64,000 nucleotides of DNA from Alphaproteobacteria bacterium (lineage in GTDB: Bacteria; Pseudomonadota; Alphaproteobacteria; MPNO01; UBA830), in the NCBI GenBank assembly GCA_964291215.2, contig OZ219790.1:960001-1024000 (forward strand). Direction: 5' to 3'. Positions 10,891 through 20,712 of this stretch are shown in pieces (the first letter of the stretch is position 1; the number at the start of each line of letters is the position of its first letter). The notes below the pieces were generated by a model. It ran no database searches. It worked only from the letters and a program-made list of their open reading frames with translations, and was not told the DNA's origin. The translations under genes were made by a program, and so were the position numbers.

Positions 10891-11030
10891 GCAACTTGCG
10901 GCGGGCGCTGCCGCTCAAGCGCCGCTCGGGCCAAATTCCGATTGCACGACAGCTCTCATCGCCTGACGGTTCGAGCGGTCAGGAAATCCAGTTGGGGCGC
11001 ACTTTGGCGTGTGGTTTGACACCCGACGCA
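10891..11030 (-). repeat. ~140-bp conserved non-coding element, copy 1
   Basis: Shares a 28-bp identical block plus GAGCGGTCAGGAA and CACCCGACGCA with 45389-45533. Confidence 0.75.
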
Positions 11031-11143
11031 CTTGTCATAACGGCTATGCTGGAGCCCCGTTGACACTTGCACGGGCAATCCTCGCAGCAGGCACAGCGGC
11101 CGTTACACCATAAGGCCGCTCCGGCAGGAAACAAAAGCAGGCT

Positions 11144-11845
11144 TCAGACGCCTAGATACCGGTGCTGGATTTCCTCGTTGTCCCGCAGTTCCCCCGAATC
11201 GCCATCCCAGACGACCCGGCCGCGCTCGACGATAAAGTGCCTATCACCAATTCTGGTCAAGGCGTCGACATTCTTGTCGATGACCAGAATTGACTGGCCA
11301 AGCGCCTTGAGGCCTTCCAGACACTTCCAGATTTCCTCGCGGATCAGCGGCGCCAGCCCTTCGGTCGCCTCGTCCAGAATCAGCAACTTCGGATTAGTCA
11401 TGAGGGCGCGCCCTATCGCCAACATCTGCTGTTCGCCGCCGGAGAGCTGGTTACCCATGTTGTTCAGGCGATTGGCAAGATTGGGAAACAACTCGAGTAT
11501 GCGTTCAAGGGTCCATGGATCGCGCGCGCCCGACCGATTATCCGCGGTCGCAACGAGATTTTCACGCACGGTAAGATTGGGAAACACTTGGCGGCCCTCG
11601 GGGACGATGCCCATCCCCAGCTTGGCAATCTTGTAATCCGCCAGATCGCGGGTCTCCTCGCCTTGGAACAGTACGGATCCGGCATGTGCCCGTACCATCC
11701 CCATGATGGTGCGAATCGTCGTCGTCTTGCCCATGCCGTTGCGGCCCAGCAGGGTCACGACCTCGCCATCGTTGATCGAGAACGACATGCCGAAGAGCAC
11801 CTGGCTCTGGCCATAGGAAGCCTCAAGATCCCGTACCTCAAGCAT
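11144..11845 (-). CDS. livF: Branched-chain amino acid-type ABC transporter ATPase (LivF-like)
   Basis: GRNGMGKTT, LSGGEQQMLAIGRALM; start MLEVRDL at 11845. Confidence 0.92.
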   Translation of the reverse strand: MLEVRDLEASYGQSQVLFGMSFSINDGEVVTLLGRNGMGKTTTIRTIMGMVRAHAGSVLFQGEETRDLADYKIAKLGMGIVPEGRQVFPNLTVRENLVATADNRSGARDPWTLERILELFPNLANRLNNMGNQLSGGEQQMLAIGRALMTNPKLLILDEATEGLAPLIREEIWKCLEGLKALGQSILVIDKNVDALTRIGDRHFIVERGRVVWDGDSGELRDNEEIQHRYLGV

Positions 11846-12602
11846 CTGCCGCGACCTTATCCTCGCCCAGATAGGCGGCGCGAACCTCGGCATTGCCGCG
11901 TATTTCGGCAGGCGTGCCCGTTGCGATCGCGCGGCCATATACCAGTACCGTGACCCGGTCTGCAATGCTGAACACGGTATCCATGTCGTGCTCGATGAGG
12001 ACCATCGAATAGCCGCCCTTGATCCCGTTCAGGAACCCGCGCATGCGTTCCGATTCTTCCTGTCCCATTCCCGCAGTCGGCTCGTCGAGCAACAGGAGTT
12101 TGGGTCCGGTCGCCAACGCCATGGCAATCTCCAGCTGGCGTTGCTCGCCGTGGGCGAGATTGCCTGCCAGCACCAGTGCACGGTCGGCGAGCCCGACATC
12201 GGCAAGTATTTTTCGTGCCGGGTCAGTCAGGACTGGATCCGTCGCGGCGTATCTCCAGAACCGGAAACTGTGCCCGGCATGGGCCTGGATCGACAGCGCG
12301 ACATTCTCCAGCGCGGTAAAATCGCGAAACACGCTGGTGACCTGGAATGACCTCGCCAGGCCGACATGGGAGCGCTGCGGCGCGGACAGGTTGTTGATGA
12401 CCCGGCCGTCGAAGACGATCCTGCCGGAGTCCGGTGCCATCATCCCCGACAGCTGCGCAACGAGGGTCGTCTTGCCGGCACCGTTGGGACCGATGACAGC
12501 ATGGATCTCTCCCGGCTCGACGTCGAAGTAAAGGTCTTCGGTCGCCGTGACGCCGCCGAATGCCTTGTTCAGTCCCTCGACCCTGAGGATCGGTTCACTC
12601 AT
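11838..12602 (-). CDS. livG: ABC transporter ATPase (LivG-like)
   Basis: GPNGAGKTT, LLLLDEPTAGM, IEHDMD, AYLG. Confidence 0.92.
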   Translation of the reverse strand: MSEPILRVEGLNKAFGGVTATEDLYFDVEPGEIHAVIGPNGAGKTTLVAQLSGMMAPDSGRIVFDGRVINNLSAPQRSHVGLARSFQVTSVFRDFTALENVALSIQAHAGHSFRFWRYAATDPVLTDPARKILADVGLADRALVLAGNLAHGEQRQLEIAMALATGPKLLLLDEPTAGMGQEESERMRGFLNGIKGGYSMVLIEHDMDTVFSIADRVTVLVYGRAIATGTPAEIRGNAEVRAAYLGEDKVAADA

Positions 12603-13545
12603 TCGAGATGTCCTCCCGCCCCGGCAGCAGGCCCCACAGCCCGCGCTTGGCAAAAAGAACCAGCAGGATCAGGAGCGGTCCGAAATAGAACTGCCAGTGC
12701 TCCGTGAAATCGGAAAGGTATTCCTCGACCATCAGGTAAGCGAATGCGCCGAAAAGCGGACCGAACAGCGTTCCCATGCCGCCGACCATGACCATGATCA
12801 TTAACTCGCCCGACCGGAACCAGTGCATGTATTCGGGGGTGAGAAATTCCGTATAGTTGCCGAGGAGGAAGCCTGCTATGCCGCAGACCACGCCCGCGAT
12901 CGTGAAGGCCGCCAGACGGTACCTGAAGGTCGGGAAGCCGATCGCCTGCATGCGCGCGTCATTGGAACTCGACCCCCGGACCACCATGCCAAACCGCGAG
13001 TTGATGATCTTCCACAGGAGGATCGTGAGCACGGTCAGCGCACCGAGAATCAGGTAGTACATGTTCCAGGATTCGCTCAGATCGAAAAATGAGAAGAACT
13101 CGCTGCGGCTGTCGATCGGCAGCCCGTCATCGCCGCCATACTCCTCGAGGCTGATGCCGAGAAAATAGAACATCTGGGCCAGAGCGAATGTGATCATGAT
13201 GAAGTAGATGCCGGTCGTGCGCAGCGAGATCAGCCCCAAGAGCGCCGCGATCGCCGCGCAGCCAAACATGCAGACGAGAAGCTGAATCCAACCGTTCGTC
13301 ACCTCGTAATAGGCAAGGATGCCGACCGCATAGGTTCCAAGCCCGAGATAGAGCGCGTGGCCGAAACTGATCATCGCGCCGTATCCAAGAATAAAGTCCA
13401 GACTCATCGCCGCAATGGCGAAAATCATCACGCGCGCGATCAGATCGACGTAGAAGGGCTCGTTGATCATCTCCGCAATCGGCGGCAGCAGCGCCAGGAC
13501 CAGAAAGCAGATCAGCAGGAAGGAAAGCTTGAGACGACTGAGCAT
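12595..13545 (-). CDS. livM: ABC permease (LivM-like)
   Basis: SFGHALYLGLG, YFIMITFALAQM, GGMGTLFGP. Confidence 0.92.
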   Translation of the reverse strand: MLSRLKLSFLLICFLVLALLPPIAEMINEPFYVDLIARVMIFAIAAMSLDFILGYGAMISFGHALYLGLGTYAVGILAYYEVTNGWIQLLVCMFGCAAIAALLGLISLRTTGIYFIMITFALAQMFYFLGISLEEYGGDDGLPIDSRSEFFSFFDLSESWNMYYLILGALTVLTILLWKIINSRFGMVVRGSSSNDARMQAIGFPTFRYRLAAFTIAGVVCGIAGFLLGNYTEFLTPEYMHWFRSGELMIMVMVGGMGTLFGPLFGAFAYLMVEEYLSDFTEHWQFYFGPLLILLVLFAKRGLWGLLPGREDISNE

Positions 13546-13549
13546 GGGG

Positions 13550-14473
13550 TCAACCGGTACGCGCAGGGAACAGCCCCTGCGGCTTGAAGAACAGGATGAT
13601 TGCCATCAGGATGTAGACCAGCATCGACGCGAGAGCCGGGCCGGCTGTCTGCGCCGCTTCCGAGGACACCACCTCGAGCATGAAGACGGGCAGGATCGAG
13701 CGCCCGACGGTCTCGAAAATGCCGACGATCACCGACGCGACCAAGGCGCCCCGGATCGAGCCGATGCCGCCAATGACGATGACGACAAAAGCGAAGATCA
13801 GCATTTCCTCACCCATGCCGCTTTCCACCGAAATAAGCGGCGCCGCCATCAGGCCGGCAAGGCCCGCAAAGACGGCGCCGAGTCCGAAGACGACGGTGTA
13901 GAGGAAACGGATGTTGATGCCGAGCGCGCCCACCATCGAACGGTTGCTGGCTCCGGCGCGTATGAGCATGCCTAGCCGGGTGCGGGTAATCATCCAGTAA
14001 AGGGCCCCGGCCACGACGATGCCAACGCCAATGACAATGAGACGGTAGACCGGATAGGGGGCGTCTGGCAGGATCTCGACATTGCCGCTGAGCCAGGCCG
14101 GCAGCGTCAACGGCAGCGCCTCGACACCCCAGACCAAGCGCACGAGTTCATTAAAGAAGAGGATGAGCCCGAACGTCGCCAGCACCTGATCCATGTGGTC
14201 GCGCTCATACATGGTTCTGAGCACCACGAGTTCAATGATGATGCCGACAAGGAGCAGCACCGGCACCATCAGCACGAGTGCCACCAGCAGACTTCCCGTC
14301 CAGCCGAAGAACGTCGACGCGAAATAGGCGCCAACCATGTAGAGTGAGCCGTGGGCGAGATTCACCACGTTCATGATCCCGAGGACCAGCGTGAGGCCGG
14401 CGGAAATCAGGAACAGGAACACACCGAACTGGATCCCGTTCAGAAATTGCTCAACGACCAACAGGAAACTCAT
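13550..14473 (-). CDS. livH: ABC permease (LivH-like)
   Basis: GLTLVLGIMNVVNLAHGS, VIVIGGIGSIRGA. Confidence 0.92.
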   Translation of the reverse strand: MSFLLVVEQFLNGIQFGVFLFLISAGLTLVLGIMNVVNLAHGSLYMVGAYFASTFFGWTGSLLVALVLMVPVLLLVGIIIELVVLRTMYERDHMDQVLATFGLILFFNELVRLVWGVEALPLTLPAWLSGNVEILPDAPYPVYRLIVIGVGIVVAGALYWMITRTRLGMLIRAGASNRSMVGALGINIRFLYTVVFGLGAVFAGLAGLMAAPLISVESGMGEEMLIFAFVVIVIGGIGSIRGALVASVIVGIFETVGRSILPVFMLEVVSSEAAQTAGPALASMLVYILMAIILFFKPQGLFPARTG

Positions 14474-14551
14474 CTACGTCACCACGATTGTGTCAGGCGA
14501 AAGGGTTGGGGCTGGCGAAGGATGCGAGACAGGCAGGAAGCCTGACAGGCA

Positions 14552-14579
14552 CGGGGAGAATCCCGGAGGATTCTCCCCG
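14552..14579 (-). terminator. 12-bp stem-loop after the binding-protein gene (attenuator or mRNA stabiliser)
   Basis: CGGGGAGAATCC-CGGA-GGATTCTCCCCG; no U-tract. Confidence 0.55.
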
Positions 14580-14602
14580 CAACGCAGTGTTGGCGCAGCA
14601 GC

Positions 14603-15784
14603 TTACCACTTCATCTTGCACTTCGTGTGGTGGCTGTCCTTGGCCTGCGCAAAGACCTTGCTGCGCGTGACGATGGTCGGCTTGCCGTCCGGACCGTTCA
14701 CGACCTCGCGTTTCCAGTAGTCCTGGATCGGGCTGTGGTTCACGTTGTACGAGAACTTGCCGCGCGGCGACTCGATAGCGGCCGTCCGCATCGCGTTGCG
14801 GATGGCGTCGTGATTCTTGAGGTCGCCATCGGCGCCGCGAACGCCGAGATCGATCAGCAACGCGCCGTCATAGCCCTGCACCGAGAAGTTCGACGGGTGG
14901 TGCCCGTACTTCTTGATGTAGTCCTTGATGAAGCGCTGATTGGCCGGGTTCTTGGACTGGTGGTTCCAGAAATTGGTGTGATAGCTGCCAACCGCATTCT
15001 GGCCGTGGGCGGCGAGCGTGCCGAAATCCACGGTGAACACGGTATAGAGCTTGACTTCCTTGTCGAGGCCAGCCGCCTTGTACTGCTTCATGAAGGAAAC
15101 GCCCATGGCACCCGGAAGAAACGCGAAGATGGCGCCGGGCTTGATCGCGCGAATCTGCGAGATTTCGGCCTGCCAGTCGCTCTGCCCGAGCTTGTAGAGG
15201 ATCTTGCCCTTGGTCGGCTTCTTATACTGCCGGTTGAACCCGGCCAGCATGTCCTTGCCGGCCTGATAGTTGGCCGAAAGCTCGAACACATCCTCGATGC
15301 CCTCGTCGCGCATCAGCTTGCCCATCGCCTCCGGCATCATGTCGTTGTTCCAGCCCGAGCGGAAGAAATACGGATTGCAGTTCTTGCCGTCCATGCCGGA
15401 CCAGCCCGCATTGGTGCTGATTAAGAAGGTCTCGGCCCTGAAGGCCTGCTTCCACACCGCGGCGAGTATGTTGGACCAAGTGATGCCGGCGATGAAGTGC
15501 ACCCTGTCCTTCTTGATGAATTCATTCACGACCTGGCGCCCGACATCGGGTTTGTGCTGGTCGTCCTTCTTGACGATCTCGGGCTTCAGCCCTCCGAGCT
15601 TTCCGCCAAGATGGTCTTCGACGGCCAGCATGAACCCTTCCCATTGATACCTACCAAATATTCCTCGCCCGCCGGAGAACCCATTGATGAAACCGACCTT
15701 CACACCTTCGGCAAAGGACGGCGATGCGCCGGGCGCGACAGCGAGAACCGCTGCGGCGGCGACGCCCCAAAGAAGCTTCTTCAT
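14603..15784 (-). CDS. ABC substrate-binding protein (Peripla_BP_6, aromatic-acid-binding type)
   Basis: Signal peptide MKKLLWGVAAAAVLA; DDQHKPDVG, NYQAGKDMLAGF, SPRGKF. Confidence 0.88.
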   Translation of the reverse strand: MKKLLWGVAAAAVLAVAPGASPSFAEGVKVGFINGFSGGRGIFGRYQWEGFMLAVEDHLGGKLGGLKPEIVKKDDQHKPDVGRQVVNEFIKKDRVHFIAGITWSNILAAVWKQAFRAETFLISTNAGWSGMDGKNCNPYFFRSGWNNDMMPEAMGKLMRDEGIEDVFELSANYQAGKDMLAGFNRQYKKPTKGKILYKLGQSDWQAEISQIRAIKPGAIFAFLPGAMGVSFMKQYKAAGLDKEVKLYTVFTVDFGTLAAHGQNAVGSYHTNFWNHQSKNPANQRFIKDYIKKYGHHPSNFSVQGYDGALLIDLGVRGADGDLKNHDAIRNAMRTAAIESPRGKFSYNVNHSPIQDYWKREVVNGPDGKPTIVTRSKVFAQAKDSHHTKCKMKW

Positions 15785-15940
15785 GATATTTGTCCCAGAA
15801 GTTTGTACGGTGTACGGGAAATCCCATGGAAACGTACTACAAGTCCGGCTACCATGCAAAATCGTTGCGTTGCCGTTCCGCACACCCGATCCTCGCAGCC
15901 GACAACGGACGCCCGGTCGATCAAAAGGAAACATGCCGGA

Positions 15941-16429
15941 ATGAACCGCCACGTACGCACCCTCCTATCCCGGATCCTGGCCGGCCCGCCGCGGTGCCCG
16001 GTCATGTCCGCCGACTTCGGGGGTGACGACGGAGCGCGCCTGCTCGCCGACATGCGCGCCTGCCTCGACGACGAAAGCGTCGTCGGCACGACGCAGCGCG
16101 CCAACGCGCTTGCGGACCTCTATCATCGGCTCGCGCCGCCAGGGCAGGCGCGATTCGTCGCTATCGTCGGCGCGCTTGGCGATCGCTCCGGGACGGCCGG
16201 CGGCGGCCTGTCGGAACCCGGCGCCTTTGCCCGGATGGAAGAGCTCGAACTGTTCGGACGGGCATCCAGCAAGCTCGCCCTCCTCGAGAGCCTCGAGCCA
16301 CCGCGACGCAGACTGCTGCAACTGTTCGCCGCGACTGCAAGGGGCCGCGAGATTCTGAATGGAATGCGCCGGTACGCCGATACCGGACTTTCCGCCGAGA
16401 TCGACAGGATACTCAAGACGGGCCCATGA
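15941..16429 (+). CDS. Stand-alone protein resembling the malonyl-CoA decarboxylase N-terminal helical domain
   Basis: RANALADLYHRL..GQARF and LEPPRRRLLQLF..GREILNGMR resemble MCD_N. Confidence 0.5.
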   Translation: MNRHVRTLLSRILAGPPRCPVMSADFGGDDGARLLADMRACLDDESVVGTTQRANALADLYHRLAPPGQARFVAIVGALGDRSGTAGGGLSEPGAFARMEELELFGRASSKLALLESLEPPRRRLLQLFAATARGREILNGMRRYADTGLSAEIDRILKTGP

Positions 16430-16451
16430 CAGGCCGCCGGCGGCGGACGGG

Positions 16452-17465
16452 TCAGGTTACGGCCCGCACTGCCAGCCTCAGCGTCTCAAGAATGTCGAAC
16501 ATTCTCGCGACGTAGTGGGTGCGATCCCGAAACCCGCCGGCCCCGGACTCCCGGAGCGCAACATTTGCGGCCTCGACCAGCCGCCGGAGCCGCCGGTGAT
16601 GAATGCCGAGCAGCCGCTGAACCGGATCGGCAACGACGCCTGCGAACGCGGCCAGGAGCGACATCGCAACCAGGAGCGCCACCGTCATCGCGAAGACCAT
16701 CGAGAGTGACGCGTCGACAGGGAACGCGGCTTGCCAGACGCGGCCCATCGCCGCGCCGAGCGGGAACGCGTCGATGGCCGCTTGCCGGGCCTGCAGAGCC
16801 GCCAGCGACGGTCCGAGGGAAAAGGCCGTCGGCGTCAGTTGATGCAACAGGACAAGACCCGCCGCCGCGGAGATGCATGCGGTCGTGATCTCTGCCGCCG
16901 GAGTGCGGGCGCTAACATAGTGCGCAAGGTCGGCCGCAAGCCCCGCCCCGACCACCTCGCCCCTGTGGGTGTCGAACGTCTCGCAGAGCCTCACCGATGC
17001 GGCGGCAAGCGGGGATTCTGCAGCGCCTTCATCGCCGGATCCATCCGCTGCCGCATCGCGCTCTCCCAGCACCGCACGAACGGCACGCCCAGCATCCCCG
17101 GCACCCAACAGCTCGATGCGGACCAGACGTTCGACCTCGCGCTCGACATCGGTCCGGAATTGCGTGGGAAGACGTTCCACCGACGCCGTCAGACCAGCTG
17201 CGCCGATCCTGCCGGCAAGAAAGGTAGCGGCAGCCTTGATCAGATGCGGTACGGCAAGGAAGAGGTTCGCCGGCGCACGCAGGAGGTCGAGGCCGAGCGC
17301 CGCTCGATGGATGCGAAGAGTTCCGCGGAAGCTAAAATGCCGGTCAACGAACCCGTCGACGCGACCGTGGCAGGCCTCGACGTAACTGTCGATGAACAGG
17401 TCAAAGACGTGTTCCGCTTCGGCATCGCCGGATGCCACCGCCTCCCCGCCGCGTGTTTCGTTCAT
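16452..17465 (-). CDS. DUF6635-like membrane protein
   Basis: RVDGFVDRHFSFRGTLRIHRAALGLDLLRAPAN; GVVADPVQRLLGIHHRRL. Confidence 0.7.
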   Translation of the reverse strand: MNETRGGEAVASGDAEAEHVFDLFIDSYVEACHGRVDGFVDRHFSFRGTLRIHRAALGLDLLRAPANLFLAVPHLIKAAATFLAGRIGAAGLTASVERLPTQFRTDVEREVERLVRIELLGAGDAGRAVRAVLGERDAAADGSGDEGAAESPLAAASVRLCETFDTHRGEVVGAGLAADLAHYVSARTPAAEITTACISAAAGLVLLHQLTPTAFSLGPSLAALQARQAAIDAFPLGAAMGRVWQAAFPVDASLSMVFAMTVALLVAMSLLAAFAGVVADPVQRLLGIHHRRLRRLVEAANVALRESGAGGFRDRTHYVARMFDILETLRLAVRAVT

Positions 17466-17683
17466 GGCCCCGAACCTGATGCAAGCGCAACGCCCAGCTG
17501 CTTCCCGCAGCCCACAACATACATCGGCCGGCCGGCGCCCGAAACCGCCGCCGCACTTGGCGCCGACACGGAATCGGCTTGCCCGCTTGCAAACCGACCC
17601 CGTGGACGCCACGCTGAGCGGAAAGGCTCAGGGAGCGGGTCCGGCGTGGTAGCAGACCCGCGAATTTCACAGGAGAATAGAAG

Positions 17684-18682
17684 ATGCTTGACGCAGCCAT
17701 CATCGGCCTCGGCTGGTGGGGAAAGATCCTGACGCAGACCCTGTTCGCGAGCAGCAAGATCCGGGTCGTGCGCCTGTTCGATGTCGACGCCGACGCCGGC
17801 CAGGCGTTCGCTGGCGATCACGGCATCAGGTTCGCCGAGAGCTTCGAGGCGATCCTCGAAGACGATGCCGTCGGCGCCGTCATTCTCGCGACGCCGCATT
17901 CGCTCCACGAGCAGCAGATCATCGCGGCAGCGCGGGCGGACAAGCACGTCTTCTGCGAGAAGCCGCTTTGCCTCGACCGCGCGTCGGCGGTCAGGGCCCT
18001 CGACGCCGTCCGCGAGGCCGGCGTCCGGATCGCGATCGGCCACGAGCGGCGCTTCGAGCCGCCGATCATGAAGGCCGCCAGTCTCATGCGCGAAGGGCGG
18101 CTCGGCGCGCCGATGCACATAGAAGGGAATTTCAGCCACGACATCTTCACGGCGCTCGACGCCGACAACTGGCGCATGAACTCGAGCGAGAGCCCGGCCG
18201 GCGGGCTTACGGCGACCCTGATCCATCTCATGGATCTCTCGATCAGCCTCTTCGGCCAGCCCGAGCAGGTCCGCGCATCGTGCGAATGCCACGGCGGCGT
18301 CGTCACCAACGGCGACACGCTCTCCGCCCATGTCCGGTTTGCCGGTGGCCGCACGGCGACGCTGAACGCGTTGACCCACACTCCGTTCTTTTCGAGATTC
18401 GCCATCTTCGGCGCCGAGGGATGGGCGGAAGTGCGCGACAAGGCCCATGTCCAGACCCCCGAGGGCTGGTTCCTCACCACTTGCTTCAAAGACGAGAATC
18501 CGTCCACCGAGGAGTTCGCCGCCACAACCCCGGTACTCTCGAACCTCGAGGCCTTTGCCGATGCCGTCGCCGGCGCAGTGCCCTATCCCAACACGCCCAA
18601 ACAGATGACCATGAACGTGTCGCTCCTCGAAGCAATCGTGAAGTCGAACGCTTCCGGCAGGGTCGAGGAGGTAGAGCGTTGA
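17684..18682 (+). CDS. Gfo/Idh/MocA-family oxidoreductase
   Basis: GLGWWG, ATPHSLH, KHVFCEKP; RBS AGGAG. Confidence 0.92.
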   Translation: MLDAAIIGLGWWGKILTQTLFASSKIRVVRLFDVDADAGQAFAGDHGIRFAESFEAILEDDAVGAVILATPHSLHEQQIIAAARADKHVFCEKPLCLDRASAVRALDAVREAGVRIAIGHERRFEPPIMKAASLMREGRLGAPMHIEGNFSHDIFTALDADNWRMNSSESPAGGLTATLIHLMDLSISLFGQPEQVRASCECHGGVVTNGDTLSAHVRFAGGRTATLNALTHTPFFSRFAIFGAEGWAEVRDKAHVQTPEGWFLTTCFKDENPSTEEFAATTPVLSNLEAFADAVAGAVPYPNTPKQMTMNVSLLEAIVKSNASGRVEEVER

Positions 18683-18706
18683 GCGCCGACGCGGGGCCGC
18701 GCCGGC

Positions 18707-19348
18707 TCAGGCGGCGCGGCTCACGTCCGGACGGGCGTCAACGGCGTCATACCACCGCGTGACGTTCGGGCAGTCATCGGTGACGGCAAGCCGTCGCGAG
18801 GTCCCGAAGGCGATCGCGCAATAGGCGGTGATGTCGGCGAACGAGAAGCGATCGCCGACGATGAATTCGCGACCTTCGAGTTGGGTGTCCAGCTTGGAGA
18901 AGAAAAGCCCGAGCCGAAACTGGCCGCGTTCGGCGAGTTCCGGTATCTGCGGGACTTCGTTCGCGTATCCGGCCACGCCACGGCCGGCAAAGGCCTTGTG
19001 GGTGTTGCGGAAATACTCGGACACTGCCATCAGACCCTCCCATTCGGCCACGCGGTCCCACATCTCGATCTGAGCGGCTTCCTTGGCGTCGCGGCCCATG
19101 AGCGGGTTGTTCGGGTAGCAAGCCTCGAGGTACCGACAGATCGCCGGCGCTTCTGCGATCCAGTCGCCGTCATCGAGTTCCAGAAGCGGCACCCGGCGAT
19201 GTGGAAACCGGTGGCAAAAATCGGGGCTGAGCCGCGACGGATTCTCCGAGTCGCCCGCGTTGACGATCTCGATGTCGATTCCCTTCTCGGCCACGAAAAT
19301 CGTTGCGCGCCTGGGATTGGGGGCCATCGGCCAGTTATAGAGCTTCAT
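18707..19348 (-). CDS. Glutathione S-transferase family protein
   Basis: APNPRR..EKGI, VPLLELDDG, GDRFSFADITA. Confidence 0.9.
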   Translation of the reverse strand: MKLYNWPMAPNPRRATIFVAEKGIDIEIVNAGDSENPSRLSPDFCHRFPHRRVPLLELDDGDWIAEAPAICRYLEACYPNNPLMGRDAKEAAQIEMWDRVAEWEGLMAVSEYFRNTHKAFAGRGVAGYANEVPQIPELAERGQFRLGLFFSKLDTQLEGREFIVGDRFSFADITAYCAIAFGTSRRLAVTDDCPNVTRWYDAVDARPDVSRAA

Positions 19349-20357
19349 CGGCGGTCTCCGCTTGTATCAGCCTGTTGAGCAGGGTTCGCGCCTGGATCAC
19401 CGGCGCATCGGCATTGACGTCGATGCGCCGAGACGGCAGCGCTGCCTCCCGCGAGGCCTGCAGCGCCTCGACGATCTCGACATCCTCGGCGAATATGCGG
19501 GAAAATTCTGCCTTGCGGGCGACCGCAGCATCCTCGTCCGCGGGGGCACCGCCAACCGACCAGAAATAGTGGCAGCTGCCTGCCGTCTCCGGCGTCATGA
19601 AGTGCATCGTGTGCAGGGTCATGCCGCGGGACCGGTCACCCTTCTCCGCCCCGGTTCCCGCGAGCGCGCATCCGATGTCGAAAGCGCAGAGAGACGGCGG
19701 ACTGAAGTCCCAGATCAGCCAGCGGTCGACATTGTCGCGGGTGCCGAGCGCCCGGGCAAAGGTCGGTGACGGAATGACATCCATCATCCAGCGTTCAGCC
19801 CTGACGCCCCCCGCCGTGCGCCGCACCTTGGGCGGCGTGTCGGTAATCGCGCTTGAGCCCAGCGTATCAGGATGAACGAACGGCGCGTGGGTGTTGTCGA
19901 GTTGGATGTCGATGAGCAGTTCATAGGCGCATTCGACGTGCCGGTACTGCTCGACCACGGCCCATTCCGGATTCTCGCGCCAGGTCAAGTCGGGGATCAG
20001 ACCGGTATCGGCGCGGCCCGGATCTCCCATCCAGATCCAAAGCCAGCCATGACGCTCGGTCAAAGGATAGCTGTGGACGCGCGCGCCGCGCGGAACGCGG
20101 GTCTGGCCGGGTACCCGCACGCAGGTGCCGGCGGAATCAAATTCGAGACCGTGATAGCCGCATTGCAGCCGCTCCCCGGTCACCTGCCCGAGCGACAGCG
20201 GTAAGCCCCGATGGCAGCAGCGATCGGCGAGCGCGGCCACAGTTCCCCACCCATCACGGAACAGTACCACGGGTTCGCCGAGAAAGGTCCGTCCCAAGGG
20301 CGCGGCCCCGACCTCCGATGGCTGCGCCGCGATGTACCAAGTGTTACGAAGATACAT
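19335..20357 (-). CDS. Rieske non-heme iron oxygenase subunit (VanA-like O-demethylase)
   Basis: CCHR...CGYHG Rieske motif; DNTHAPFVH; start MYLRNTWY. Confidence 0.9.
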   Translation of the reverse strand: MYLRNTWYIAAQPSEVGAAPLGRTFLGEPVVLFRDGWGTVAALADRCCHRGLPLSLGQVTGERLQCGYHGLEFDSAGTCVRVPGQTRVPRGARVHSYPLTERHGWLWIWMGDPGRADTGLIPDLTWRENPEWAVVEQYRHVECAYELLIDIQLDNTHAPFVHPDTLGSSAITDTPPKVRRTAGGVRAERWMMDVIPSPTFARALGTRDNVDRWLIWDFSPPSLCAFDIGCALAGTGAEKGDRSRGMTLHTMHFMTPETAGSCHYFWSVGGAPADEDAAVARKAEFSRIFAEDVEIVEALQASREAALPSRRIDVNADAPVIQARTLLNRLIQAETADEAL

Positions 20358-20499
20358 GACGTGGGCTTCCCGCCGTCTTGGACCGCAGCGTCCCGGGTTT
20401 GGCGCCGCAGGAGAACGTCGGGGATTATAGCGAATAGTCCCGGCCACGATGATTCTTGGTTTTCCCGGCCCGTGGGGATTTATGGGCATCGGGCTGACG

Positions 20500-20712
20500 C
20501 CCGCCGGATGCTCGACGACAAGGCGGGGCCGTCATCACGGTCACCCCGCCTGCATCGGCCAGACTTGCGCGGAGTACAGCGCCATTGGCGCTGCCAACCG
20601 GATGGCGCAAGCGACCTTCAAGTGCGTGGCCTGCGGCCATGCGGACAACACTGCGGCAAACATTGAGGTCGGGGCCCGGCACAACTGCGCGGAGAGGGCG
20701 TGACCGTTGGGC
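20500..20712 (+). pseudogene. tnpB: TnpB (IS200/IS605) C-terminal zinc-ribbon remnant
   Basis: QTCAEY...NRMAQATFKCVACGHADNTAANI. Confidence 0.7.

Noticed and set aside
20500-20712. Functional TnpB/omegaRNA nuclease
   Set aside because: Only ~65 degenerate C-terminal codons remain and the 3' region is cut by IS4.
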